From: Azolla caroliniana
Lineage: Eukaryota; Plantae; Polypodiophyta
Direction: 5' to 3'
Length of the DNA stretch: 64,000 nt
Assembly (NCBI GenBank): GCA_043228905.1
Contig: JBHGNT010000015.1
Span: forward strand, 20,212,001-20,276,000
Position numbers and translations under genes: made by a program. How positions within the stretch are numbered: the stretch's first letter is position 1; every line of letters begins with the position of its first letter. Positions 12,854 through 26,365 of this stretch are shown here, one piece after another. Under the pieces are notes generated by a model that made no database searches, was not told the origin of the DNA, and saw nothing but the letters and a program-made list of their open reading frames with translations.

Positions 12854-14059
12854 GTCTCTATCCATTTGTTTTTCCTGTTCTTTACGAAGGTTAGGTTTTC
12901 TTCTCGAACTAAGGTTGGCTACAGAGGTTCTCAACCCTCGCGCTTTGATACCATGTGAAAAGAACAACATGCGGAAGCAACAGAAAGCAGAACGTAGGAA
13001 AACACAGGTTTAATGGAGAGCTTGGACACACACACTGAGTACGTGGTAGAGACAAAGAGAGAGAGACAATACACACAACTCAATTAAAAAATAATACTTA
13101 GTCTGTACATAGGATGTGCTCAGTGAGCACTTTTATACAAGTCCATATGGACTGACAGAAGTATTGACACGCACTTCCATGCTCATAAATGAGCTCTACA
13201 CTAACTCCCAAAATATATTCCTATGCAAAATATCTTTCCAACGGCCTCACGGTTTACGCACCGGTGTGGCTTCTCGTTACGCACCGGTTTACGCACTGGT
13301 CCGGCCTAATCGATCGGTCCTAACCAATCCGGTTCCCGGCTTGCACAACCGATCCAGCCAATGTTGAGCTTGTATCTCAACAACAAGTATATGGCCCATT
13401 ATTATGCCTTCACAATGAAGGTAGCGGCCGAACAAGAGCCCGAGAGCTCTACAGAAGTGGCTCGTGACCCACGATGGGTGAAAGTAGTTGACCCAAGCCT
13501 TCGTCACAGGCTTGAGGGGGAGGAAGCGAAATTGGCACGAAAATATCGATACCGAAAACTAGACAATGCCGAAAGCAACACCAGATGTCGGACACCTCAC
13601 ACTTGATTTTGAGGGGGCGTGTTGAGATATCAAGCTCAACTTAGTTTAGTCGTTTAGTCAACACGCGTAACTTAGTAGTTACCTAGATAGAATCTAGTTA
13701 GTGTGTTGACCTTAAAGCCTTAAATAGGATTTTGTACTTGAGTGGGATACATTGTAGATCCTTCACTCCCATGTTCATTTAATATAGGACTTACACCTTT
13801 GTACCTATATTCGACTCACACATGTGCACCTTTGCACATGAGATGCTTTTTAATATAGTTAATCATCCCCCAGCTTGTCTCGTTGTTCATAAGTGTTAAC
13901 CTCCTCTCTCTCTTCCTCTCACACACATACACACACATAGCACCTAATCTTTCACAGCTGCTTAATCACATAATTAGGTACTAATTAACCCATAGTTAAT
14001 TACCTAAATCTTAAAAGTTGCCTAATCCAACTCTCAACCAATGTTGTATATGGTTGATT

Positions 14060-14820
14060 CTTCCTATTTGCTTAATTGCGTAGGTACGAACAATTTGGCT
14101 AGGCTCTCGACAATGAGGACAATGGATTTGGTTGTGGCGTCATTGTTTTCCATTTTTAAGATGGGTCTATGTGTCTTCCTAACATCAATTTGCATGGGGC
14201 CTTGTTCATCTAATGGTGTTGATGGTGAAATAAATAGAGGGTGCATGTGTAGGTGAAGGTTGGTTGGTTTCTCCTCCACTCCTTGTAGCATTCAAAGGGA
14301 TGATTATCACATTGAATGGATGTAGAAATTACACATTGAAGAAGTACACATAAAGAGTAATTCTTGATTTCGTCCTAAAACCAGTTGAAAACTAGGATAT
14401 TATAACTTCTTCATTCCAATCATGATTGCAAACAAATGTTGAAAATCAACAAAGAAAATAGGAATTGGCCGATTGCCTCGACAAAGGTTTCATATTTTAT
14501 ATGCAAATGCATATTGGTTGTCATTTGTGCAAAAAATGGACACCATCTCGATCAACAAGGCTTTGAAATAGTTGAGGAGAGAAGACTAATAGATCAATAG
14601 AGCAAACCAAGGAAGGGCAATTCATGCAAGCAAAGTTCCAACCATGCCTACTTTCGTTGTGTCGAAGGATAATTTTGACGGTGAACCTACATCACAAACT
14701 TCATTTAGTTGATGAAACCTATGAACTTTGAAGTGATGATAAGCTCTAGCAAACTTCACAAACAGATTTAGTAGTCTTACCTTCATTGGTATTGAGTCCT
14801 AATAGATCTTGCTTGTGCCC
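14060..14820 (-). pseudogene. highly decayed Tcn1-like gag relic
   Basis: Fragments SKFIGFIN, PMQID and a CLYCG-like knuckle on the minus strand. Confidence 0.6.
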
Positions 14821-14979
14821 CAATGATGGTATCACAAGCCCTTACAACCATCACATTGTTGCCCCCAATTCTCACATTCACACACACAATATTTACTAGT
14901 TTAGTCTCTCTCATAAACTCTTCACTAGTGATGATGTTTCGTAGAGAAATGCGAAGTAAAATAATAAAGACATAAATAT

Positions 14980-17900
14980 TGTGGTATTACCACGGACCAA
15001 GGCCCCACCTAACCAGGGTCACATTGACCACACCCAAAGTAGGCCCCTACCAAGCCCCCATAATTAGAAGAGCTAATTGGAGCGGGAAAACACCTATGAC
15101 GCTAAGAGTATCCTATAAGATTTACTAAGAGTAGCCTATAAGATGTAACTTAGAACGTAATGGAAAAGGAGCTATTTTGAGAGCATTTCACATCTTGGTT
15201 CAACTGATGTGTTTGATCCGTGTACATATGGGTGGAAACGATGGAATGCCCATACGATGGCGTGCAACTCTTTTTCGGTTGTCGAGTAATTTTGTTCGGC
15301 TTTGGTAAGTGATTGGCCTATGTAGGCAATCGGGCGTAGTTGGTCGTTGTCGTCGGATTGGAGCAGGACTGAGCCAAGGGCGATGTTGGAGGCATCCGTC
15401 TGCAGATGGAAAGGCTTCGTGAAATCAGGGTGTGTCAAGTGGTCAGAGGCTTGGAGCGTTCGCTTGAGCTGCAAGAAGTTGGATTTGCAGGCGTCGGTTC
15501 ATAGGAAGGGTGTGTCTTTTTGCAGGAGCACGCGTAGTGGGGCTGACAGGTCGGCTAGCTGTGGGATGAAGCAGAGAGAGAACGTGAGGAGGCCGAGGAA
15601 ACGTTGAAGCTGCTTGATTGTGGTGGGGCGTGGGAATTTTTGGACTGCTTCCGTCTTCTTTGGGTCCATCTATGTTCCATCGGAGGAGATGACGTACTCG
15701 AGGAAGCGGAGGCGCGTACTACCCCAACGACACTTCTTCCACTGCAACTGCAATCGATAGGCTCGTTGAACACAAGTTAGGACCTCTTGAAGGACTTGGA
15801 GGTGTTTCGCCCAGGTGCTTGTATGTATCAGAATATCATCCAGATAGACGATGACGACGCGGCGGGTGATGAGATCGTCGAAGATGGCGTTAGCCATTCG
15901 TTGGAATGTGCTCCCATCGCCAGATATGCCGAAGGGCATCCGTGTGAACTGAAAAATGCCTTTCCTAGTGCGGACTGCAGTTTTGTGGGCATCTTCAAGA
16001 TTCATAGGGATCTGCCAATATCCCGAGGCCAGATCGAGGGAGGAGAAGTACTTTGATTTGCCGAGCTGGTCGTCGATACGAGGGAGAGGATATCAGTCAT
16101 GGGTGGTGATATGGTTCAGTTGTCGGAAGTTGACACAAAAATGGTAAGAGCCATCCCCCTTTTTTACCATGTGTGGCTCCGAGATCCACTCGCTCTTGGA
16201 AGGTGTGGTAATCCCCTATTGTAGCATAGTTTTGACGGCATTGTCGATGCGCTCGTGGTTGAGAGGGGAGCGATGTCGTGGAGCTATGTTGATGGGGCGG
16301 GCGTTGCCTGTAGGAATCATGTGGTGGATCGGAAAGCGGACCGAGGGAGGTTTTGCAGGTGGTGTAAACAGCGAGGGAAAGGTGGCTAGGAGCCGTCAGA
16401 TGTCGTGGATGCGTTCTGTCGGTGATACTAGGTACTGTGTGTTGCTAATGTTGGTGGTATCTCGCGGATTAGTGAAGAGCGCGATCGGAAGGTGATTGGG
16501 GAGGACGAGTTGTTGCGAGGAGAAATTGAGACAGGCTTGACTATGGAGGAACCAATCGCAGCCTAGGGTGATTGGGAACCATTGGCGCGGGAGGACGTAG
16601 AAACGATGTTGGATCCAGGCGGAACTGATGGTTAGCATGCACATGACTTGTGTATGTGAGTGGTACAACCGCTGCTGGTCGCCGAAGAGGATTTTAATGG
16701 GCGGTGTGTGGCTCGTGGGAAGTTGCAATTGGGTGACTAAATTTGCGTTGATGGAAGAGATGTTGTTGCCGGAGTCGAGGAGAACTTCTTGGTTCATGTG
16801 CTGGAGGCGGGCGATCGTGGTACAAACGGGAGAAGATGATGTGGAGGCATGGACATGCGGGGGCGGCTCTCACTGCGGCACCCCGCGCATTAGTTTTCCG
16901 AGAGCTCAGAGAGGGAGGCAACGTCGGCTAATTGGACGTTTTGCTTCTGTTGTTGATTTTGCCACTTTTGGCAGTGACGCCGGATGTGGCCATAGTTGTT
17001 GCAGTAGAAATATTTGGGGCGTCCCTGGCTGTCTCGTTCGGGCAATGCACACTTGGTGCGTAACTGCGCGTTCTGGATGTCGACGTCCATGGGAGTGGCG
17101 ATTGGCATAGTGTTTGTATGATCGTGACTGAGATTACTTGGTGTGTGCAGGTCATGTGTGTTTACAACTTCGATGTGTTGAGCGGTGAGGATGGCTTCAT
17201 GTAGTGTCTTCGGGCCTTGATCGCGTACATGGCGGCGAAGGTCGTGTCGGATACGTGGCCAAAAGAAAAACAACTTCATGTCTTCTGACATGTTGGTGTC
17301 AGCCCGATGTAGGATCTGTACAAACCGAACCGCGAACTGGGTGATGGGTTCGCGTGGCTGTTGGGCGATTGACTCGAGTTGTTGTAGGGCCATTTGATGG
17401 GAGTTCTGATGAGCAAAATTCTGAATCATGGCTGCCCGTAACAGATCCTAGTCGTTGCGTGTCTCCTCGGGTTGTTGTAAGAGCCATGTTGCAGCGATAT
17501 TCTCGAGGAGTGTCTTCATTTCCATTGCCTTCCGGGGGTGTGGCCACTAGTGGTAACTGGCCACCATTTCGAAATGATCTAGCCAAGAGAGGACGTCTTC
17601 CGATGGTAGGCCGAAGAATGGTTTTGGGCGAACTCGGTGGTCCGGGAGATTCTATTGTGGCTCGGATCGTGTTGAGAGGAATGACAACATGGCTTGGTTA
17701 GTATGGTTAACTTGTAAAATAATGTTGGATAGGGCCTGAACTAGTTGGTCGATTGGTGATGTGGGTTGATGTTCTTGAGTTTGTTGTTGTAGGAATTTTG
17801 GATTCATGGAGTTTGCGTTGCCGCTATTGTTGTCGTGTTACATCGTGGCGTGTGTTGTTGGGGTCCTGAATTGGGGTTGTTTTGTCCGTCTTCTCCACCA

Positions 17901-18078
17901 AGATGTGAAATGCTCTCAAAATAGCTCCTTTTCCATTACGTTCTAAGTTACATCTTATAGGCTACTCTTAGCATGGTGGGTGTTTTCCCACTCCAATTAG
18001 CTCTTCTAATTATGGGGGCTTGGTAGGGGCCTAATTTGGGTGTGGTCAATGTGACCCTGGTTAGGTGGGGCCTTGGTT
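14980..18078 (-). mobile_element. Ty3/gypsy element (5' LTR 17904-~18078, PBS TGGTGGAGAAG, gag-PR-RT-partial RH) ending in an inverted LTR (14980-15192)
   Basis: The two ~175-210 bp arms are reverse complements. LLDSG, DLASGYWQI, YLDD, QTDAS and NYSTTEKE motifs. GGAAAAC slippery site at 16893-16899. Confidence 0.88.
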
Positions 18079-18295
18079 ACGATTCGTGATCAAATTATAT
18101 TACACAAAAATGTATATAGGTCCTACTATACACAATAAAAGCTTTGGAGTTAATAAGAATCAATATTTTTATATTTTCATGTTACATAAATCAATATTTA
18201 TATATTTTAGGCACGTCAACATCCCAACATCAATCACCTTTATCTTCAATGGGAACTTTCCTATTTAAAGACCTTTTTTCCTAATATAGCATATA

Positions 18296-18330
18296 TCCTA
18301 CATGCATACATACATACATACATATACATA
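18296..18330. repeat. (TACA)n microsatellite
   Basis: Read directly from the sequence. Confidence 0.8.
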
Positions 18331-19210
18331 TTATGGCATACTTGTCATGTTTACACATGTTCGAAAACCAACAACCTTCACCACCCCACTCCCATTGCCA
18401 AGTCTCACAACTACGTCAACCAAGGAGGGACCCCATCATACTTGGACAACAAGTGCATTGATGGTTTGGGTCATGATACATTGCCAATAGGGTAGTTCAC
18501 TATCCAAACCTAAAAGCGAGCTCTATGAGGCATAATTCTTATCAAGAAGATGAAGACATGTAACTCAAGTATGGGACACACCAATAAGCATCCTATTTGA
18601 ACATTATAGGAGAGCTGATGTCCAAATATGTGAAAAGGGACGTAATTCTAAATACTCAAATGCAAAATCAGTGCAAAGATGAAAATATAAGGTCTTTATA
18701 CACTTCTTCATCATTTTGGAGTCTACACTTAAGCTAAAGCGTTTTCTTAATCTCTTGTGCTCTTCCTCTCTCAAACCTAATTTTAGTTGAATTGTTTTAT
18801 GTCCAACCTTAAGACTTAAGTTTTTAGCTTCAAACACTTAAAGCTCAATTTCATGTTAAGTATGGCTAATGGAAATATGGAGATGTTGGTGGTTAACCAT
18901 TGTGTTTGGTTTCTTGTGTTTATGTTAAGTGCTTTAAGTGTGAATTAAGTCATCCACTATGTTAATCTTTCTATTTTATTTGTTATTTGCGAGAAGTACA
19001 TGATAAGGGATTTTTCTTAGGTAGGCTAGAGGATCTCATATAATATGTTTGAGATTGGTTTACACCCACCTCTCACTTGCCAAACCTGTGCACATATGCA
19101 TGATCCCTTGCAATGATTTAACATGAAGTTGACCAATATGTAATATCTCATTGTGTTGAACCAACATGATATTAGTTCTACTAATAGGGGGTTAGATTGA
19201 TGTCCACAAG

Positions 19211-20725
19211 TGTTACGGTCATGACCATATAATATCTTGTGGTAAGATTATACCATAGTATTCTATACACGTGGATAAAGTGTGAGGGTTAAACAAGAGT
19301 GTAAAGAAGGGAATGATTACTTTTAATCCTTGGGATTGAGACAACCCATTAAGGCCAAGTGTGAACTTGCCTGGGGGCCTTAGGTCTAGCTACCCTCATT
19401 TGACATATTATCGACTACATCGAGACTATATCCTCGTGGTGATCAACTCTTGAAGCGAGCATGCCAGTACGAGGTACGACTCGATGCCACGATGGTGGTA
19501 TGGGATGCCGATCAAGGTTTGAGTCCGTCTCGATCCCTTCGCTCGGGGGTGGGCGGGTGGATCGGCACCCTTCTTTCTCTCTCTCCTCTCTTATCTAGTT
19601 ATATTAGGATCATCTTTGACAATTGGATACCATGTATATATATGTGTTCTAACATAGATATGTTTATCACATGTATACGATCAAATACGTATACACGTGA
19701 TTACATATGTATATATTAAAGAATCGTTAACATAACATAGCCAACGAATGATGTAATCGAGATACATCATTGAGGCATATAGCCTCTATGCACACGAAAC
19801 ATCCAAAATAAGGGTGAACGTATACGCAATCGAGGTATTGACCTCTTACGTATACGACACAAATTGTATATCCTATATATAACAATTGAGGTATTGACCT
19901 CATACATATACGTAACATATGTAAGTGAATGTAATACGCAACCGAGGTATTGAAATCTTACGCATACAACACAAATCGTATATAAATATATAGCAATCGA
20001 GGTATTGACCTCATACGCATACATATGTACGTTTTATACAACCAATCGCTTACCACTACAACATAATTGAATCAATGAAAAAAGAAATCACATTTTGAGT
20101 ATACATGATTAGATTGGGAGAGGAAAGAATAGAAAAAGAAGAAGAAAGAGTTACCGACGTTTGCTTGTTAATGCTGTTTTGGATCAAGCTTGATCGCACA
20201 TCGATCGATCATCATCCAACAAAAAAAAACCATCAACAAATGAAACATTAGAAGAAAAGCTCTGATACCAACTGTTAGAGCTTGATCCTAATGTAAGCAT
20301 ATGATATGGAAATATAATATAACTAGATAAGAGAGGAGAGAGATAAAGAAGGGTGTTGATCCACCCGACCACCCCCGAGCAAAGGGATCGAGACAGACTC
20401 GAGCCTCGATTGGCATCCCATACCACCGTTGTGGCATTGAGTCATACATGATATTGGCACGCTCGCTTCAAGAGTTGATCACCACAAGGACATAGTCTCG
20501 ATGTAGTCAATAATGTGCCAAATGAGGGTAGCTAGGCCTCATATTTATAGCTAGACCTAAGGCCCCCGGGCAAGTTCACACTTGGCCTTAATGGGTTGTC
20601 TCAATCCCAGTGATTAAAAGTAATAATTCCCTTCTTTACACTCTCGTTTAACCCTCACACTATGGTATAATCTTATACTATGGTATAATCTTACCACGGG
20701 ATATTATATGGTCATGTCCGTAACA
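19211..20725 (-). mobile_element. Non-coding chromovirus derivative with inverted LTRs (19211-19612 on +; 20273-20725 on -), PBS 20259-20270 and part of the 5' leader
   Basis: The arms are reverse complements and the unit is flanked by ACAAG/ACAAG. LTR and leader resemble the element at 51524-63619. Confidence 0.9.
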
Positions 20726-21732
20726 ACAAGTGTCTTATTGAGTTTTCTGTAAGTTCTCGGGCGAAGAAATAATCTTCTCATTACCACCAATTTGATAATT
20801 TTGAATAGGGTTAGGAATTTGACTCAATCATGGACCAACTTGGAAGAAATGAATCATCCTTGGAATTCAAGTGCAAATCATATTAGTCTTCATATTTGTG
20901 TGAGTTTGAGACCATGCTGAATACAAGTTTTGTCCAAGCTTATTGTGATATTGGTGGGCAATCTTCATGCCTTTCATCTAGATAAAACATCTTTCAAGCC
21001 CGTTCGCCCAAAATCCCTAATTTCCTATCCCTTTTAGCACGACTACTAGAGACACATACGCCTTCCTTTACCGTCCAATACCTTTGCCACAACCAACCCC
21101 CAATGCAACTCCCCACCAACTCAATAGAGCAACAACACACCACTATAGTCTATACTCCTTGTTGATGACCTATGTCGATCTCTTCCAACTTCACCTCCAC
21201 CCAATTCCATCACCTCATCTTCCCCACAACTTCAACTCATTGGCTTGTAATTGTTCCCTTCTATGTTTGGTACAACTTAGAACAACCACTCCTTTTCTTT
21301 TTGTGTGATAAGGAGAGTAGTTGAGGCTTAGGGGAGGAAATAGGATTATGACAGTATTGTAAATAGTGAAATGCAAAAGAAGTACAAAGATGGAAATATA
21401 AACTTTATATATATATTTCCTTCATGTTGAGAGATTACCCTTTAAGCTAGAGCTCTCCTTTAAAATCTATGCTCTCCCTCTCGTAGTCTTCATCTTAGTT
21501 GAACTCTTTGTGCCCAAGCGTAAGTATTAAGCTTTTAACCAACACTTGTGCTCCATTTCATGTAAGTGTGGCTAGTAGATATACAGAGATGTGTTAGTTA
21601 ATCTCTATGTTTGATTTCTTATGTTTTCTCTTTTAGTTTAATGTTTACGCATGAGTTAAGTGATCCAGTAAGGTAATCTTTTTACTTGATAGAGGTACAT
21701 TATTGTGGTGTTTGCTTAGATAGCTTATATTA

Positions 21733-21890
21733 TAGGCATAACCTTACAAACCAATCCTATAGCTAATCTTAATGGGTTAAGGGTAGGATAGTCGAGAAAT
21801 TGTCCCAAATGCTAGGATAATTGGGTTCCTAAATATGTATCCTTAACCCATTAAAATTAGCTATAGAATTGGTATATAAGTTCATGCCTA
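21733..21890. mobile_element. Foldback MITE-like element
   Basis: Imperfect ~55-bp inverted arms TAGGCAT...TAATGGGTTAAGG / CCTTAACCCATTA...ATGCCTA. Confidence 0.6.
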
Positions 21891-22948
21891 AACAAACTAG
21901 GTGATCTCACTAGATATACTCAAGAACGGTTGACACCCACTTTTGTCCTACCTCACCCGCAAAAGGGTGTATGTTCACCTAATTCCTTGCTATGATCTAA
22001 CATGAAGTCAACCATTAGCTCATTTGATTACCTAGTGTGACATCATCTCTCGTCAACGCAAAGGTTTATAGAGTAATCTTCAAGTAGTTCAAAACAAGTA
22101 CTTGTGTTCTTAAAACATTTTTATAAAATGCTTTAAATCTATTGTTTGAAACTACAACTATTAGCTTGTTTTCTTTTATGAGTTTATTCTTGATACATTT
22201 GTAAGTGCAATATAACTATTTATTTAATGACGTTCAAGGCATGCTTAGTCTAATCATTACAACTTTGAAATATATGATTTACATAGGACATGAACTAAAT
22301 TAGACACCCCATAGACAACTCAAGGCAACCATTTTGCAAAAGCCACATAACTTGTAATCTCTTAATGTTGTCCAATGGTGTCATTTAACAAGAAAAGAAG
22401 AAGAGTTGTGGCTCAATAATGTGGAAAAATTATATTTATTTTCAATAAGTAGTTTGTTCACTTGTTTAAGCTAATGCAATTATTCAACCACTTCAACAAC
22501 ACAAAATTGTAGTCAAGCATGCCCAACACCATGGCTTATATGAATAACATCCTCATAAGATCTTATATAAGATGATATTCTAAAGCTCGAAATGTAACCA
22601 TGGTATGCGATAATGAAGCAACTTTTTGAAACCTTGAATTCGGTACTTCTTATCATTTTGGTTAATTGTGTGTGGATGGGTTCATACAATAACTCAAAAG
22701 CATATAGTAGGGCAACTTTTCATGAGCTACGAATTTCATTGTAGAAATTGGTGACATGTTTAAAAAGTGAATCTTTCCATGGAGAACTATTTGTCTCCTT
22801 TAATGGATGGGATGCATTACAGAAATAAAACAAGTCATGGAAGTGGAAGCTATTGTAGGAATGGTGATGCTCATAAGGAAATAGAGCTAAAAGAAAAGAT
22901 GTACGATACTAAAAATAGGAAACCAATAAATAGGTGGATTTGATTTAA

Positions 22949-22975
22949 TGTGTGTGTGTGTGTGTGCATGTGCCT

Positions 22976-23007
<32 letters not shown>
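22949..23007. repeat. compound (TG)n/(AG)n microsatellite upstream of the MYB gene
   Basis: Read directly from the sequence. Confidence 0.9.
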
Positions 23008-23010
<3 letters not shown>

Positions 23011-24304
23011 ATGTGATATGTTGGGGGTGAAGAACCAAGTCTTTGAAGTGGTGTCAAGAGTCGTGATGGGAGAAAGCATTGATAAAATAGTAAAGGAAAT
23101 AATGAAAGATTCTAATGGAACATGAATGGAAAAAGTTGCCAAGTGAAAAAGAAAATCACTGAGAGAGATACATATAATGGCAATATGTCGGGAGTCGCAT
23201 TAATATATAGACAAATAAACATATAGAGAGAAACAATAAGGCATATATAAGAAAGAGAGCGACATTATGTACGGATTAATGCATAGAGATGAAAAAAGGG
23301 GGATGGGAATGGGGCCTATGCGTGAAGAAAGTCATTGTATGACAACTTGATAAGACACACACATAGTTTGGGCATGTAAGGAGAGAATGAGTGTATGTGT
23401 AGGTAGTGAACGTGTGTGTGAAAAGAGATGAGAGAGACAAGTATAAAGAGGCCAACGTGGCTTGTGAGACCAGCACAATAGACATACTAGAGCTTGTTCA
23501 CTTGTTTGAAAAAAAGAAATAAGTGAAACCACCCACATAAAAAAAAGAGAAAACAAGATTGACCATGTTGGCCCATCGCAAAGAGATATTACTATTGTGC
23601 TTGTAGAGTCTCGACCCAAGTCTACGATATTGCTTGCTAATTATGCTCTTATGTGTTTGTTGAGTGAGTGTGGCACTCTTCTCACGAGTGGCTTGGGTTC
23701 TCCTATATCTAAGTTCTTCGGTTCTTCAACCTCCATAAAGCCTTGGGGGGGAGGGTGTACGTGTACGTGAGCGTGAGTGTATATATTTAAAGGTCAAATG
23801 GAGTGTTTCCATCAATTCTTAATAATGGGCATTAGAGTTTGTAAACCATTCTCTTTCATACTATTTTCAATCATTATCAATGGATGCTAGAACCTCCAAA
23901 ACACATTCTCCTTACCGACATGGACAATTACGCACATAATCATAATCAATCCCCATATAAATGTAATAGTCTAATAGATAATATGAACACACGACTACAC
24001 GTATACTATACACACTTGACTTATTTATTTATTTATATTAGATGTGCTCATGTGCTTAACAATGGGGTGACAATAGGAACATTAACAATACCAATAATAC
24101 TACTAGTAATAGAAGTTTAGTCTTTAGTATATTTAAATTGGGCAATGACCAACAAGGATTCTACAATGTATAAATTAATTAAACCTCATCCTTCCATAAC
24201 TTAGGTGTCATTTAGGACCCTTTGTAATTGATCTCCATGCTTTGTTTGTCATCCTTAATATTACCAAACCAGTGGATCTACATTTAGAGGCAACTAGACA
24301 AGCA

Positions 24305-24739
24305 ATGGAAACCAATGTTCATAACCACAAGTGTTGCCAAAAGCAAAAGCTAAGGAGAGGGCTATGGTCACCTGATGAAGATGAGAAACTCAAGAACCAC
24401 ATGATGTCCAATGTCGGATCAAAGTCATGTACTTGGAGCTCAGTGCCTGAACTCACAGGTACCCACCATCAAATTCATGATTTAAGATCCAACTCTTAAT
24501 CGTTATGATGGCGATGATGATGATTGCCATTAAGAGTACCATTAAGAATAACAACAATGCAATGTAGTAGTGAGAAAATTCTAGCAATTAGCTACAAATT
24601 AATGTACCTAGGTTTGTATCACAACTCGACCTAACTAGTAACAATGTCCAATGTCCAAATTACGTTTGTTTGGTCACGACCTATCTACTATTATGTTGAA
24701 GTGTTGGAAAATTTATATTGTCCAAGTTAATATGTATAC

Positions 24740-24773
<34 letters not shown>

Positions 24774-25731
24774 GTGTATTTGATTATATAATGAGATGTT
24801 AATCATGATAGTGGATGTAATTAATTTTGATTATACTAGGCATCCAAAGGTGTGGTAAGAGCTGTAGATTAAGATGGATTAATTATCTACGTCCCGATCT
24901 CAAGCGAGGTTCCTTCACTCCGTCGGAAGAGAGGCGGATCATCGATCTCCACCGCATTCTCGGAAACAAGTATGTAACATTTGCTCCATGGCCCTCTACA
25001 TGTTTGTACAAATACATTCATACATTGATCAAAAGATTTTGCCCTTAAATCCTATCAATTTTCCTTCTTCTTCTTTGCTATATTCCAACAGGTGGTCAAG
25101 AATTGCATCATATTTCCCTGGGAGAACAGACAATGAGATCAAGAATCTATGGAATTCCAGCTTGAGGAAAAGGATGCTAGTAGGAAAAGCAGGGGCCATG
25201 AATTATAGTAGAGCTCATATGCCATCCAAATATATCAACATCATTGCTTCTGCTAATGATCCTAATATAATTGCATTAGGAGCCTCAGCCTCACGTGTTA
25301 ATCACATCATTAATGACACTGATCATATTTGCCCCACTACTTATCCTTCAGTGAGCAACACTAATTCCATCTGCCCAGTGGCTAATCCTTCCCTTATCAC
25401 CATTAACCCCATCTCCCCAATTCCTAATCCCTCCCTAATCACCAGTAATCATGAAGTATTAATCACCCAAGATTCTCTAGGACATAATCCACAACAAAAT
25501 CCTAATACCAATGTCATTGATTCTATGGGGGAACATCCCACCAAGCCTATTTGCCTTGTGGGTTGTGACATGGACCAATCACCTTGCGCCACATGGCACT
25601 TCCACGACATGCCGTCACCTTCGTCAATCCCGTCTCTATTGGACTCGTGCCCAGAAGATGTGAGCTTGCATTGGTTTGATCCTGAGGAGGTCACAAGCCT
25701 TGACCAAGTAATTGGGCCGTTTCACAAGTGA
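24305..25731 (+). CDS. MYB: R2R3-MYB transcription factor, 307 aa; exons 24305-24458, 24840-24969, 25092-25731; resembles the MYB26/67/103 and subgroup 13 (MYB55/61/86) group
   Basis: [42 protein letters not shown] and [26 protein letters not shown] introns in phases 1 and 2, canonical 130-bp exon 2, 924-bp spliced ORF. Confidence 0.95.
24734..24779. repeat. (TATATG)n microsatellite in MYB intron 1
   Basis: Read directly from the sequence. Confidence 0.85.
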
Positions 25732-26113
25732 CAAACAAGGCTACAATGCGTCAAGTTTTGTCCGACGAGAAACAATGTGTGTATAAATGATGACTTGAGT
25801 AAACTTGCCTTTGCTCTCTGTTTCGATCCTTGGTTCTCCCTTTTCAAGATAGGTGATGAAGCCATAATATTCAAGATGTCCCAAAGTTTTCAAACTCAAT
25901 TGGCTAGAACACACTTATGTGCATATGGAATTAGTAAAGTTCTCAAGTATGTATGTTTTGTTTGCCCAATAATACCAAAGAAAAAATGGATATATCTAAA
26001 ATTTGCCCTCCCCCCAACCACCTTTGCCCTTTGTAAAAAATAGAAACATAAAATTTGTCCCCACATCTTTGCTCTTTGTAAAAAACATACCGTTGTCTTT
26101 CACATCACCGTAG

Positions 26114-26365
26114 GGGATGCGATACTTTTATTCTCATTCATCCTCTTCGTCATTGAGTTCCTACTTCAACGAACTTTGTTTCAGTAATTTAACTTTGTGT
26201 TGTCAAACCTCTCCAATATATCCATGTCTCTTTAAGTTTAACTATGGGATGTCATACTTTTATTCTCATCCATCCTCTTAGTCATTGAGTTCCCACTTGT
26301 AAAAACTTTGTTTTAGTGATTAGACTCCATTGTGTCAAATGTCTACAACATATTCGTATCTTTTT
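26114..26365. repeat. diverged ~131-bp tandem duplication
   Basis: GGGATG..ATACTTTTATTCTCAT..ATCCTCTT..GTCATTGAGTTCC occurs at ~26115 and ~26246. Confidence 0.7.

Larger units (their letters stand above)
2263..13382 (-). mobile_element. Full-length Ty1/copia element, degenerate; 5' LTR 12954-13382, 3' LTR 2263-8097 (split by a gypsy insertion)
   Basis: TSD ACAAG at 2258-2262 and 13383-13387. TG..CA termini. PBS TGGTATCAAAGC (tRNA-iMet type) at 12942-12953 abuts the LTR. PPT 8098-8106. Confidence 0.95.
1557..13956 (+). mobile_element. Degenerate Ty1/copia host element (integrase 1557-2262, resumes 13388-13619, 3' LTR 13620-~13956); RT and RNase H deleted
   Basis: ARAMMHEKHMANFYWAEA and HLKVFGSIA integrase motifs. 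Frame GRNK|YMAHYY continues across the 2263-13382 insertion. PPT GAGGGGGCG is followed by TGTTGAG...TTTCACA. Confidence 0.8.

Noticed and set aside
2258-20730. The same TSD ACAAG for two elements
   Set aside because: Different superfamilies, each with its own matching pair; coincidence.
20760-21700. Possible decayed retroelement or solo LTR
   Set aside because: No termini, TSD or protein motif could be fixed by eye.
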